DNA from: Chloroflexota bacterium
Lineage (GTDB): Bacteria > Chloroflexota > Limnocylindria > Limnocylindrales > CSP1-4
Direction: 5' to 3'
Assembly: GCA_021786385.1 (NCBI GenBank)
Contig: JAJYNJ010000077.1
Location: 12,329 to 76,328, forward strand
DNA: 64,000 nt
Below are positions 29,412 through 39,400 of the stretch, in pieces. Position numbers and translations under genes: made by a program. Position 1 is the stretch's first letter. Each line of letters opens with the position of its first letter. The notes below the pieces were generated by a model. That model was not told the origin of the DNA and made no database searches. It saw nothing but the letters and a program-made list of their open reading frames with translations.

Positions 29412-31075
29412 CAGGCGTCGCCCGGCGGCAGGGTCGGACCTCCGCCCTCGCCGCGCAACAGACGCCGGTGGTACGAGATCGGGATGCCGCCGGAGTAGAG
29501 GAGTTGATCGTGGAAGCGTCGCAGCGAGAACGCGTCGCCGAGCCGCCGCCGTTCCTCGTCGCGCAACCGGAGCAACAGGACTTTGCCAAGCAGGTAGCTG
29601 AGCTGGTAGGTCGGCGTGTAGGTGTAGCGGAAGACCTCGGCTTGGGCCTGCGCACGCGCAAATCCGGTCTGCGCCGCGAGGAAGTCCGTCGCCTCATCGA
29701 TCGAGAGCTCGCCCCGGTGCATTCGAACATCCAGCACGATGCGGCACGAGCGCCAGATCGCGTCCGTGTACAAGGCCACCATGAACTCGGGCCCGGCGTC
29801 GAAGCCTTGCTCCCGCATCATCTGCTCGCTGTACATGCCCCAGCCCTCGACGAACTCCGGGGCGTCGACGAGCGCGCGGACGAGGCTAGGGTGCGTGTTG
29901 GCCGCGGAGAGCTGCAGGTGGTGCCCGGGGTACGCCTCGTGCACGCTGGTGTTGCTGATCGACGCGCGGTAGTGCTCCTCCAGCGACACCGGCCCGTCGA
30001 CTGAAGGCGTCACCACGTAGATGCCCTCCGCCTGGGGGTCGAAGCGGGGCGGTTCGAAGTAGGCGGCAAAGGGGACCGCCGCCTTGCGCAGGTACTCCGG
30101 CGTCGCCTGCACCGTGAGCCGCTCACCGGGGGGCAGCGTGGCGAGGCCGCGCTCGACGATGTGGCGCCGGGCACGGAACATCGCGTCGCGATACGCATCG
30201 AGCGCGGCGTCGAACGTGGGCGGATGGTCCGCTCGGATGCGCGCGATCACCTCGGCCTCGCTCACCGACGGGTCCACCTCGCGCGCCGCCTCGCGCCGGC
30301 CGCGACGATTGAGCTCGAGCTGCTCCTCGCCGATGGCCAGGATCTCGTCGGATGTCACTCCGTCCAGCGCGCGCAGCTCGACGAGCCGCTCGTACCGTTC
30401 GCGTCCGAGCGGCCAGTCGTCGGTCGCGTCGGCCAGGCGGCCGCGCAGCCAGCCGGCGTATGCGTCCACTGCCGATTTGGCGCGCTCCGCCACGGACTCG
30501 AGGCGCCGTTGGGCCGGGCCGTGTTCCGGCCACACACTCCGGCCGGCCGCGACGACCTCGTCGAACAGGGTGGGCAGCTCGGCTGCGGACCCCAGGTCGA
30601 TCTCGTTCCAGAGCCGCACCGGATGAGGGCCCAGCCGCGAGCGGTGCTGCTGTAGGGCGACCGGCACAGCCTCCAGCCTCGCGGCGATCGCTTCCAGACG
30701 CTCGGAGAGGGGGGCAAAGTCGCGGGCGAGGATCGCGAAGACGGCGTCGCCGATCTCCTCCATCGCCGACGAGCGGCGTTCCCAGGTGCGCTCCTCTTCG
30801 AGGGCGAACAGCTGCAGGCGCCCAGTGTGCAGGGCGAGCTCGCGCTCGAACCGGACCTGTTCCGAGAGCCCGTCCGCAGCGAGCGCCGTGACGTCCGCCA
30901 GGTAGCGTCGCTCGTGGGCGATGCGGTCCTCGACCGCCTCCCGCGACCCGTCGCCGAGTCGGTGGTCCTCGGAATGGATCCCCATGAAGGTCGCGAAGAC
31001 GGGCATGGTCCGAATCAGGTACTCGAAGTGCTCCTCGACCAACGCCCAGAAGCGCGCGTCCAGAGGCTCGCTCAT
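29411..31075 (-). CDS. DUF885 family protein (putative metallopeptidase-like)
   Basis: ATG at 31075 with GGAG RBS. Conserved HEAYPGHHLQ motif and DUF885 architecture. The N-terminal 54 aa of the track ORF is rejected. Confidence 0.75.
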   Translation of the reverse strand: MSEPLDARFWALVEEHFEYLIRTMPVFATFMGIHSEDHRLGDGSREAVEDRIAHERRYLADVTALAADGLSEQVRFERELALHTGRLQLFALEEERTWERRSSAMEEIGDAVFAILARDFAPLSERLEAIAARLEAVPVALQQHRSRLGPHPVRLWNEIDLGSAAELPTLFDEVVAAGRSVWPEHGPAQRRLESVAERAKSAVDAYAGWLRGRLADATDDWPLGRERYERLVELRALDGVTSDEILAIGEEQLELNRRGRREAAREVDPSVSEAEVIARIRADHPPTFDAALDAYRDAMFRARRHIVERGLATLPPGERLTVQATPEYLRKAAVPFAAYFEPPRFDPQAEGIYVVTPSVDGPVSLEEHYRASISNTSVHEAYPGHHLQLSAANTHPSLVRALVDAPEFVEGWGMYSEQMMREQGFDAGPEFMVALYTDAIWRSCRIVLDVRMHRGELSIDEATDFLAAQTGFARAQAQAEVFRYTYTPTYQLSYLLGKVLLLRLRDEERRRLGDAFSLRRFHDQLLYSGGIPISYHRRLLRGEGGGPTLPPGDA

Positions 31076-31136
31076 CTCGCTCCGTTTCGAGGGCACCACC
31101 GGTCGGGGCCGTTCCCGACGATCTGCCCGTGCTCGC

Positions 31137-32261
31137 TCAGGCGACGGGGGTAGCGGGCACCGAAGCCGCGCCACACGCGGCGAGCGCCGACCGACAGGCG
31201 GCGATGACCCGCTCGATGTCATCCGCGTCGACCCCATAGTGCGTCACGGCGCGGATCGTGTCGTGGGGGTACTCGACCATCAGGACACCCTCGGCGCGCA
31301 GCGCCTCGAGGAAGCGGCCCCGCAGTGCGCGCGGCCGGAGCGAGGCCGCCGCGCTGCCGGGGTTGGCGGCCACGACGCGGAACACGACGAAGTTGGTGGT
31401 CGCGCGGGCGGGGTCGAGGTCGGCGATGCCGGGCATCGCGGCGAGCGCCTCCGCCAGGCGCCGGGCGTTCACGTGGTCTTCGGCGAGCCGCTCGATCATG
31501 CCGGCGGGGCCATCGCGGAGGGCCACGAGACCGGCTGCCGCCAGGATCCCGACCTGGCGCATCCCGCCGCCGACCAGTTTGCGGGCCCGACGCGCCCGGG
31601 CGACGAACCCCGCGGACCCGACGACGACCGATCCGACTGGGCAGGCCAGTCCCTTGGAGAGGCAGAACGTGGCCGAGTCGGCCGGCGCCACCAGCTGCGC
31701 GGCGCTGACGCCGAGCGCGATCGCCGCGTTGAAGAGACGCGCCCCGTCGATGTGCAGCGGGACGCCGTGGCCGTGCGCGATGGCGGCGATCTCGGCGGTG
31801 TACGCCGGCGTGAGCGGTTGCCCCATCGAGTGGGCGTGCGTGTTCTCGAGGACGACCAGCGCGGTCTGCGGCTCGTGGATGTCGAGGGGATCGCGGAACG
31901 CGGCATGGACGAGCGCCGGGTCCATGGTGCCGTCGGGCCGGGCGGGGATCCCGCGTGCAGACGCGCCGACGATCACCGCATGGCCAGCCTGCTCGTCCAT
32001 CAGGGTGTGCGACTCGGCCTCGGCGATGACCTCGCCGCCGCGGGGCACGTGCGCGATCAGCGAGACGAGGTTGCCCATCGTGCCCGAGGCGACGAAGAGC
32101 CCAGCTTGCATGCCGGTGATCTCGGCCGCGCGAGCCTCCAGGGCGGTGACGGTGGGGTCGTCGCCGAAGACGTCGTCGCCGACCTCGGCCTCGGCCATGG
32201 CGCGGCGCATCTCGGGCGTGGGATGGGTGACGGTGTCGGAACGCAGGTCGATCGGTGGCAT
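31137..32261 (-). CDS. ltaE: low-specificity L-threonine aldolase
   Basis: [13 protein letters not shown]-terminus and PLP-fold motifs ([16 protein letters not shown]). Confidence 0.8.
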   Translation of the reverse strand: MPPIDLRSDTVTHPTPEMRRAMAEAEVGDDVFGDDPTVTALEARAAEITGMQAGLFVASGTMGNLVSLIAHVPRGGEVIAEAESHTLMDEQAGHAVIVGASARGIPARPDGTMDPALVHAAFRDPLDIHEPQTALVVLENTHAHSMGQPLTPAYTAEIAAIAHGHGVPLHIDGARLFNAAIALGVSAAQLVAPADSATFCLSKGLACPVGSVVVGSAGFVARARRARKLVGGGMRQVGILAAAGLVALRDGPAGMIERLAEDHVNARRLAEALAAMPGIADLDPARATTNFVVFRVVAANPGSAAASLRPRALRGRFLEALRAEGVLMVEYPHDTIRAVTHYGVDADDIERVIAACRSALAACGAASVPATPVA

Positions 32262-32352
32262 CGGAGGGAGTATAAGGTGACATGTGCGGCGAGCCCCGCC
32301 CCGGGCGGGTGCGATCGCCTGCCGCACCTGCTACACTCCGGCGCGCCGCACG

Positions 32353-32428
32353 GACCCGTGGTGTAGCGGCCAAACATGCCAGCCTGTCACGCTGGAGATC
32401 GCCGGTTCGAATCCGGTCGGGTCCGCCA
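32353..32428 (+). tRNA. tRNA-Asp (anticodon GTC)
   Basis: GGACCCGTGGTGTAGCGGCCAAACATGCCAGCCTGTCACGCTGGAGATCGCCGGTTCGAATCCGGTCGGGTCCGCCA folds as a cloverleaf with anticodon loop CTGTCAC; CCA encoded. Confidence 0.85.
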
Positions 32429-32551
32429 TCGTCCTTGCGCCGTCGTGAGGCGCTGCCGCATGGGCGTCCGGTGGCGCTGACCACCGGGCCTCGGCCCCCG
32501 CCGCCGGCCGCAGCTCCCGGTCCCGGCGCTGCCTCCCGCCGCTCCGCGCTG

Positions 32552-33043
32552 CTACTCCTTGCGGCCCGCCGGCCAGGTGCCCATCACCTGGCGCAGGATG
32601 GCGAACTCACCGATGTGGTACGCATTGTGGTCGCCGACGAGCCGGATCTCCCGCAGGATCGTGTGCCCAGGAGTGCCAGGGATCGTCGCCAGCAGGTCGG
32701 TCGCCGGGTCGGCCACCAGGTTGTGCAAGACTTGTCTGTCCGCCTTGATCGCCTCGACCGTCTGTGCGAACCGCTCGGCTGTCGCGGTCGCGTCGCGTGA
32801 CGGCCAGTACTCCTCTGGCCAGTTCGGTGCGATGTAGTCGCGGTTCCGGATGTAGTCGAGGATGTCCGCCTGCGCGATTCGGATGTGCTCCAGAAGGTGC
32901 CAGGGCGTGTAGGGCACGTTGGGTGGGTGTCGGTTGATCGCATCGGCGGGGAAACGAGCTACCGCCGCGTCGAACGGCATGTGGGCGCCGTGTCCGTCGA
33001 GCAGCTCGAGCAGCTGCTGCCGCAGGATGTCGGTGTCGACCAT
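32552..33043 (-). CDS. DinB/YfiT-like (DinB_2 superfamily) metal-dependent protein
   Basis: ATG at 33043 with GAGGAG RBS. Four-helix-bundle His triad pattern (HLLEHIRIAQ ... HN..HIGE). Confidence 0.7.
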   Translation of the reverse strand: MVDTDILRQQLLELLDGHGAHMPFDAAVARFPADAINRHPPNVPYTPWHLLEHIRIAQADILDYIRNRDYIAPNWPEEYWPSRDATATAERFAQTVEAIKADRQVLHNLVADPATDLLATIPGTPGHTILREIRLVGDHNAYHIGEFAILRQVMGTWPAGRKE

Positions 33044-33170
33044 CTCGTTCTCCTCGTCGCGCATTGGTCGCGCAGACCCGGTCATTCCAGCGGCCGCGGG
33101 CCTGGCGCGCGAAGGCCTGCGTCGAACACGAAGGCGACCGCGATCCCGTGGCGCCTGGCGAAGGCGATCG

Positions 33171-33491
33171 TCATGCGGTCCACGAAGCTCGTGCCATCTG
33201 CGCAGAGCGGGAGTCCGCCACGGCCATGTCGTGGACGCCCCGCTCGACCATCGATCCGGCTCGGCGAGGTACTCGTCGTGGTGCTCGGAGAGGTCGTGCG
33301 CGCCCGAGCGGAAGCGGCCGAAAGACCGTGCGTGCCCGTTCGCGAGCTGCCCTTCGCGCCTCCGCCCCCTCCGGGTACGCACGGTCGACCGCCGCGCGGG
33401 TGAGCGCGCTGGTGCTGGCCCGCTGGCGTCGCGCCTCGCGACGGAGACGCTCATGCTGAGGATCGGTGAGACCGACCGGGATCCGTCGCAT
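33171..33491 (-). CDS. ribbon-helix-helix (CopG/antitoxin-like) DNA-binding protein, solitary
   Basis: MRRIPVGLTDPQHERLRREARRQRASTSALTRAAVDRAY matches the RHH beta-strand plus two helices consensus. No cognate toxin ORF is adjacent. Confidence 0.45.
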   Translation of the reverse strand: MRRIPVGLTDPQHERLRREARRQRASTSALTRAAVDRAYPEGAEARRAARERARTVFRPLPLGRARPLRAPRRVPRRAGSMVERGVHDMAVADSRSAQMARASWTA

Positions 33492-33720
33492 GGTCGAGAT
33501 GATGCCACTCGAGCCATACGGTGATCTCCGGTTCGGCGCGTCAGTGTGCGCCACGGGCCGGGTGCGCCGCCACGACCTGGCCGGATGCACCGCCGCCGGG
33601 TGCGTCGCCACGGGCCGGAGATGCTCGCTCCACGGGCTGCGTTCGCTCGCCCAGCGCGCCCTCGATCGCTCGTCGTTGCAGCCGCCGATCGTTGCCTGGC
33701 GCGGGTACCCTGCTCTCGTC

Positions 33721-34443
33721 ATGGCAGGCTCCACCATCGGACGACTGGACCCGCGGCTCCGCGCGTTGATCTGCGACAGCGACCCGCGGGTGGTGGGGGC
33801 GATCGCCCACGCGCTCGGTGAGGCGGGGTTCGAGGTGGTCACGATCTACCGCACAGAGGCCGCCGTGACGCGTCTGCTCGACGAGCGCCCGGACGTCGTG
33901 ATCCTGGGACCGAGCCGCGACGTGGAGCCGCTCGTCGCGATCCCCCGGCTGCTCGCCCGCGCGCCGATCCCGATCCTGGCCGTCTCGGCGTTCCACGACG
34001 AGGCCTCCGTCGTCGCTGTGCTGGAGGCCGGAGCGGACGACGTGCTCGACTCGGCCTTCCGACCGCTGGAGCTGGTGGCTCGCGTTCGGGCGTTACTCCG
34101 TCGGCGAGCCGCACCGACCGTCGCGTCGGAGGCGCCGCTGCCGGATGGCCTGCGCATCGACGTCGGGCGCCGGGAGGCGTGGGTGGACGAACGGCCGGTC
34201 GAGCTGACACCCATCGAGTTCGAGCTGCTCTGCGCGATCGCGGCCCGGCGCGGTGACGTGGTGGACCACCGCACCTTGCTGCGTGCCGGGTGGCCAGGGC
34301 GCGCGGACGTCGATCCGGACCTGTTGCGCACTCACCTGACGCACCTGAACGGGAAGCTCGTGGCGGCCGGCCACCCGGGGCTGCGCAACGTGCGATCGAT
34401 CGGCTACGCGTTGCGGGTGGAGGGCGGCGTCCGCCCGGAGTGA
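33721..34443 (+). CDS. OmpR-family response regulator with an atypical receiver (phospho-acceptor Asp replaced by Gly)
   Basis: Winged-helix Trans_reg_C (LTPIEFELLCAIAARRGDVVDHRTLL ... RNVRSIGYALRV). Receiver has ICDSDP and AVSAFHDEAS, but ERPDVVILGPSRD aligns where OmpR has VLDLMLP, so Gly sits at the Asp57 position. Confidence 0.7.
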   Translation: MAGSTIGRLDPRLRALICDSDPRVVGAIAHALGEAGFEVVTIYRTEAAVTRLLDERPDVVILGPSRDVEPLVAIPRLLARAPIPILAVSAFHDEASVVAVLEAGADDVLDSAFRPLELVARVRALLRRRAAPTVASEAPLPDGLRIDVGRREAWVDERPVELTPIEFELLCAIAARRGDVVDHRTLLRAGWPGRADVDPDLLRTHLTHLNGKLVAAGHPGLRNVRSIGYALRVEGGVRPE

Positions 34444-34664
34444 TCGCCGGCGTCGGCGGCTTCACGGAACCGGCACCGTTCCGCAACCCGTTCTCAACGG
34501 CTTCTCCCTTCGCTCGAGCACGCGCCGCCCATAGGGTAGGGATCCGGGGCGAAGGCCGGTTCCGCGCCTGGGGCCGGCCGAGGTCCCTTGGACGGCGGCG
34601 CCGTTGCGACCGGCGGCGTGCGCCAACCCAGCCGCCATTCGCCACCAGCAAGAGGGGGAAACGC

Positions 34665-36224
34665 ATGGCCGCCACCTCAGCCGACGAGATGAAGCGGACG
34701 CTCAGCCTGACGGGTCTGACGATCAACGCCATGGCGCTCATCGCGCCCGGCGCCTTCCTGTGGACGACCTTCCAGTCGCAGGCGCTGCAGACGAACGGCG
34801 GGCAGACGACCGCCTTCGAGATGGTCCCCGGCCTGCTCTTCGCCCTGTTGCTGGCGTTCCTCACAGCGTGGTCGTATTCGGAACTGTCGGATCTGTACCC
34901 GAACGCGGGCGCCGGGTCTTCGTACTACTTCGCCGAGGCGGCGTTCCTCGAGCGCGAGGAAGCCTTTCACTACCGGTTCGCTCGGCTCGCGAAGTTCGTC
35001 GTGGGGTGGATCTCGCACCTCTACTACTGGATCTACCCCGGCATCATGGTCGCCTTCACCGGCACGCTCGCCGTGTACATCCTCGGCCTCTTCAACGTCA
35101 CGCTCTCCACGCCGTTCGAGATCGGGGTGGCGGTGCTCTTTGCGGCGATCACGGGCCTGATCGCGTTCCGTGGCATCTCCGGCTCGACGATGACGGCCAT
35201 CGTCATCAACGTCATCCAGCTCACGGCGCTCGTGGCGTTCAGCGTGCTGGCGATCGCGTTCCGGCTCAGCCATCCGGAGCTCTCGTACGCCCAGCCCAGT
35301 CTGGCGGCCGTGGTGCTCCCCCACAACCTCATGAACGTCCTCTTTCAGGGCACCATCGCGATCCTGTTGCTGGTCGGGTTCGAGTCGGTGACCGCGTTGG
35401 GGGCCGAGGCGGTCAACCCCAAGCGCGACATTCGGCGCGCAGTGCTGCTCTCGCTGGCGATCCAGGGCGGGTTCGCCTACATCCTCGAGTACGTCTCGGC
35501 CAACTTCTTCGTGAACTCCAGCATCACGGCCCAGGTGACGGACGCCGCGGGGAGGGTCACCACGGTGACCGGCTATGCCGCGGCCGCCGCGTCCGGCGCG
35601 CCCATCGGCGACATGATCCGTTTCATCGGCGACCGGATGCTCGACGGCACCGGTCTCGCGCTCGCGTTGATCCTGGCGGCGACCGTCCTCGTTGCGCTCA
35701 TCGGGACCACGCTCGCCTGCCTCAACACCGGCGTGCGCATCACCTACGTGATGGGCCGCGACCGTGAGGTGCCGGGCATCCTGGGTCTGCTCCACGGCCG
35801 CTACGCCACGCCGCACTACGGGATCTTGGCGCTGGCGGCGATCTCCGCGCTGCTCGGCGCCTACGGGGTGCTGAGCGCGGACAACCTGCTGCAGATCATC
35901 CTCGCGTCGAACGCGGGCACGTTCCTCGTCTACGGTATGACCAACGCGATCGTCATCGTGGCGTTCTGGCATCGCGCGGAGCGGAGCGCGATCCGGCACG
36001 TGATCGTCCCCGGGCTCGGTCTGCTCGCCAACGTGGCCATGCTCGGTGCCGTCGTCTTCCTCAGTCTGAGCTCGGGCGGCGCCACGCAGAGCGACACGCT
36101 CATCGCGCTCGGGATCGTCGTGGCCTGGATCGCCATCGGCGCCGCGTGGTTGGTAGCCAACTCGCGCGCCAGCAGACGCGCGCTCTTGGTCTCGCCGGTC
36201 ACCGGCGGGGGGGCCGAGGCGTAG
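34665..36224 (+). CDS. APC-family amino acid permease
   Basis: ATG at 34665 with AGAGGGGGAAA RBS. Twelve-TM APC permease signatures (GAGSSYYF, FRGISGS, LLVGFESVTALGAEAVNPKRDIRRA). Confidence 0.85.
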   Translation: MAATSADEMKRTLSLTGLTINAMALIAPGAFLWTTFQSQALQTNGGQTTAFEMVPGLLFALLLAFLTAWSYSELSDLYPNAGAGSSYYFAEAAFLEREEAFHYRFARLAKFVVGWISHLYYWIYPGIMVAFTGTLAVYILGLFNVTLSTPFEIGVAVLFAAITGLIAFRGISGSTMTAIVINVIQLTALVAFSVLAIAFRLSHPELSYAQPSLAAVVLPHNLMNVLFQGTIAILLLVGFESVTALGAEAVNPKRDIRRAVLLSLAIQGGFAYILEYVSANFFVNSSITAQVTDAAGRVTTVTGYAAAAASGAPIGDMIRFIGDRMLDGTGLALALILAATVLVALIGTTLACLNTGVRITYVMGRDREVPGILGLLHGRYATPHYGILALAAISALLGAYGVLSADNLLQIILASNAGTFLVYGMTNAIVIVAFWHRAERSAIRHVIVPGLGLLANVAMLGAVVFLSLSSGGATQSDTLIALGIVVAWIAIGAAWLVANSRASRRALLVSPVTGGGAEA

Positions 36225-36338
36225 GGGCGGGGCACGCGGTGCGTCGGCCCCCGCCTCCCGGGTCCACTGTCGCGGCGCGCCCCCCCGCCCCCGCAGCGCG
36301 CCCGCGCGCCGCCCCGTCCTCGTGACCGCCCCGTCCTC

Positions 36339-37262
36339 GTGACCGCCCCGTTGCCCCGGCTCGCGAAACTATCGAGCGACTCCGAACGACCGGCGGCCGT
36401 CTCCGTCGAGCTTGCCGGGCTCTCCGTCACCGGTCCGGTGCGCCGGCGCAACGAGGACCGGCTCGGTTGGTCCGTGCCCGGGGACCGGGTGTGGGTCCCG
36501 ACCAGGCAGGGCGACGAGCGCATCGCCGCTGCGGAGCTGGCGGGACCGGTGGTGGTCGCGGCGGTGGCGGACGGGCTGGGTGGACACGCCGGGGGCGACC
36601 TCGCGAGCCGGTTCGCGATCACGACGCTCCTCGACCGGATCAGCTCGCCGGACACGCTGCGGCGTCTGCCGGAGGCGTTGCGTGACGCGTTCCTGGAAAC
36701 CAACGGCCGTCTTCTCGCTGGTGACTTGGGCAGCGACGGTGCGCCGGGGGGTCGGCACCTCGGTGGGCAGACGACGCTGACGGCCCTCGCGCTCACCGCC
36801 GACACCGCACACGTCGCCCATGTGGGCGACTGTCGCGCGTACCGCCTGCGCGACGAGGCGCTCGAGCTGATGACCACCGACCACTCGCAGGCGATGGAGC
36901 TGCTGCGCATGCGCCTGATCCGTCCCGAGCAGGCGGCGACCCATCCGGGCCGGCACCTGCTGACGCGCTCGCTCGGCGGCGACGTGTCGGTGCGGGTCGA
37001 CGTCCGATCGGGCGCGGTACGGGAGGGGGACGCCTACCTGCTCTGCTCCGATGGCGTCTGGAGCGGTGTGTCGTCCGGCGAGATCCTGGCTGCGTTGGAG
37101 GGCGATCTGGCCGTGGGCGTGCAGGACCTGGTCGCGCGTTCGCTGGCGCGAGGGTGCGACGATAATGCCAGCGTGATCGCGCTGCGGGTCCTCCATCTGG
37201 CTGCGCCCCTCGGGTCGGATGCGGTGCGGCGGCCGCTCTGGCGCCGGGTCCTCGGCGCGTGA
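36339..37262 (+). CDS. PP2C-family Ser/Thr protein phosphatase
   Basis: PP2C motifs (VADGLGGHAGGDLAS, HVGDCRAY, CSDGVW, DDNASVIAL). Confidence 0.8.
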   Translation: MTAPLPRLAKLSSDSERPAAVSVELAGLSVTGPVRRRNEDRLGWSVPGDRVWVPTRQGDERIAAAELAGPVVVAAVADGLGGHAGGDLASRFAITTLLDRISSPDTLRRLPEALRDAFLETNGRLLAGDLGSDGAPGGRHLGGQTTLTALALTADTAHVAHVGDCRAYRLRDEALELMTTDHSQAMELLRMRLIRPEQAATHPGRHLLTRSLGGDVSVRVDVRSGAVREGDAYLLCSDGVWSGVSSGEILAALEGDLAVGVQDLVARSLARGCDDNASVIALRVLHLAAPLGSDAVRRPLWRRVLGA

Positions 37263-38245
37263 CTGGCGCCGAGCTCAAGCCGGGCGACATCCTCGACCGC
37301 TTTCGCATCGTCGAGGCGATCGGGCACGGGGCGTTCAGCGACGTCTACCTGGCCACGGACCCACAGGGCCGGCGGGTCGTGCTCAAGTGTCCGCACGAGG
37401 CGCTGCTGGGGGACGTTTCCGCGTTCGACCGCTTTCGCCGGGAGATCGAGATCGTGCGGCGCCTGGACCATCCCGGCATCCAGCGGGCATACGATGAGGG
37501 CGAGGCGCGCAGTCGCCCATACCTGGTGCTGGAGTACGTCGAGGGGAAGACGCTGCGCGCCGTGCTCCGCGAGCGCGGCCGGCTCCCCGTGGACGAGGCG
37601 GTCGAGATCGCCAGGCAGCTGGCGGCGGCGATGGCTTCGGCACACGCGCGGGGGATCTATCACCGCGACCTGAAGCCCGAGAACGTGCTGATTACGCCCG
37701 AGGGGCGGGTGGTCGTGACGGATTTCGGGATCGGGCTGATGGCGGGTGCGCGGCGCCTGACCTGGCGGTGGCTGACGTCGACGATCGGGACGCCCGACTA
37801 CATGGCGCCGGAGCAGGTGCAGGGCAAACGCGGCGACGCCCGCACCGACGTCTACGCGCTCGGCGTGATCCTCTTCGAGATGCTCGCGGGCCGCGTGCCG
37901 TGGGAGGGGGACGACCCGCTGGCGATCATGGGCCAGCACGTGAATGCGGTCGTGCCGTCCCTCCGCGAGATCGACCGGACGATCCCGCCCCCGATCGAGG
38001 GGATCGTGCGGAAGTGTCTGCGCAAGAATCCGGACGAGCGCTACCCGGACGCGGGAGCGCTGCTGCGCGACCTGGAGTCCTGGCCGGACCTGGACCTCGC
38101 CGGCTTCGTGTTCGCTGCGGAGGCGCCGGTCCGCCTGGAGTCGCGGCGGGGGTTGTGGCTCCTGGCGGCGGGTATCAGTGTGGGCTTCCTGCTCGCGTCT
38201 CTCCTGTTCGTGGCCGCCGTGTATCTGTTGCAGCACGGCGGGTAA
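37259..38245 (+). CDS. Hanks-type Ser/Thr protein kinase with C-terminal TM anchor
   Basis: VLK, HRDLKPENVL, DFGIG and GTPDYMAPE motifs. ATGA overlap with the PP2C gene. C-terminal helix LWLLAAGISVGFLLASLLFVAAVYLL. Confidence 0.85.
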   Translation: MTGAELKPGDILDRFRIVEAIGHGAFSDVYLATDPQGRRVVLKCPHEALLGDVSAFDRFRREIEIVRRLDHPGIQRAYDEGEARSRPYLVLEYVEGKTLRAVLRERGRLPVDEAVEIARQLAAAMASAHARGIYHRDLKPENVLITPEGRVVVTDFGIGLMAGARRLTWRWLTSTIGTPDYMAPEQVQGKRGDARTDVYALGVILFEMLAGRVPWEGDDPLAIMGQHVNAVVPSLREIDRTIPPPIEGIVRKCLRKNPDERYPDAGALLRDLESWPDLDLAGFVFAAEAPVRLESRRGLWLLAAGISVGFLLASLLFVAAVYLLQHGG

Positions 38246-38313
38246 GGGCGGCGGACGCGTGCGCGCGCGCCGCGACGTGTGGCACCCTCGGGTGGCTCCC
38301 CGCGCGCCGCCGG

Positions 38314-39240
38314 CTACTGCTCCCGCAGTCCGGCGAACAGGTCGTCCTCCGGGAGGCGCACCGGCGCCACGCGCGATTCCCGCAACGTGAAGTCCTCGGT
38401 TGGCGCAATGCGGCGCCACTGCGCCGGGGTGATCGCGAGGAACGGGGAATCCTGGGCGATCTGGGTGGCGTGCTCTCGCAATGCCGCGTGTTTGGCCTCC
38501 AGGAAGTCGCTGACGTCAACGCGCGTCGTGACCGGCCCCTGCGCCGCGGCCATCCTCGCCAGCCACTCCTCGCGCGCGCGTCGCTGCTCGTCCGTCTCGT
38601 CGGCGCGAGGCCCCCACGGCGGCTCGATGCCCTGCTCCCGCAGCAGCGCGTTCAGTTCCTCCCGTCGTTCGATGTCGAGCACGATTTCGTAGAACTTGCG
38701 CGGCGCCCACGGCTCGAGCGCGCGCGGGCCACGGAGCTGTTCCCCGTATGCCAACGGGTCACCGGCGCGGGCGAAGGCGGCCTTGGCGATCTGTGCGGCG
38801 CGGATGTGATCGGGATGCAGATACCCGCCCGCGTCGTTGTAGCTGACCAGGACATGCGGCCGTTCTCGGCGCACGATCCCCACCAGCCGCCCTGTAGCCT
38901 CCTCGAGGTCGGCCTGCCAGAACGATCGCGGGTCGTCGTTGTCGGGCGCGCCCTCCATCCCGGAGTCGCGGTACCCGAGCCAGTGGTGCTCGATCGGGCC
39001 GAGTCGTGCCAATGCCCGTGCTAGTTCCAGCTGCCGGATCTCGCCGAGCCGCGCGTGGTTCGCGGGCGTATCGAGCGCGGGGACGACGATCTCGCCGACT
39101 TCTCCGTACGTGCAGGTCACGCAGACGACGCGGATCCCTTGGGCGGCGTACTTGGCCATGACCCCGCCGGTGGCGATCGTCTCGTCGTCAGGGTGGGCGT
39201 GCACCGTCATCAAGGTCAAGGGGTCGCTCATGGCGCCCAT
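38314..39240 (-). CDS. LmbE-like deacetylase/amidase of the MshB/Mca (mycothiol) family
   Basis: HAHPDDE, VTCT.GE.GE and YNDAGGYLHPDH zinc-binding motifs. C-terminal half (TRVDVSDFLEAKHAALREHATQ ... EDDLFAGL) resembles Mca more than MshB. Confidence 0.75.
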   Translation of the reverse strand: MGAMSDPLTLMTVHAHPDDETIATGGVMAKYAAQGIRVVCVTCTYGEVGEIVVPALDTPANHARLGEIRQLELARALARLGPIEHHWLGYRDSGMEGAPDNDDPRSFWQADLEEATGRLVGIVRRERPHVLVSYNDAGGYLHPDHIRAAQIAKAAFARAGDPLAYGEQLRGPRALEPWAPRKFYEIVLDIERREELNALLREQGIEPPWGPRADETDEQRRAREEWLARMAAAQGPVTTRVDVSDFLEAKHAALREHATQIAQDSPFLAITPAQWRRIAPTEDFTLRESRVAPVRLPEDDLFAGLREQ

Positions 39241-39275
39241 GGTAATCGCGCGGCCGCCGATCGCTCCGCGGCCCG

Positions 39276-39400
39276 CCGATGGCGCCGTCCTGCCGATGGC
39301 GCCGTCCTGCCGGTGGCGCGGTTCTGCCGCCGATCGCGCCGGCGCCCGCCGGTCGCGCCGTCCTGCCGGTCGCGCCGTCCTGCCGATGGCGCCGTCCTGC
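39276..39400. repeat. degenerate 17-bp tandem repeat, about 7 copies (CCGATGGCGCCGTCCTG), in the 5' leader of the MshB/Mca-family gene
   Basis: Direct inspection; the period is not a multiple of 3, so it is non-coding. Confidence 0.8.

Noticed and set aside
33466-33720. N-terminal 85 aa of the response-regulator track ORF
   Set aside because: It overlaps the RHH gene on the opposite strand, and the receiver alignment begins at the ATG at 33721.
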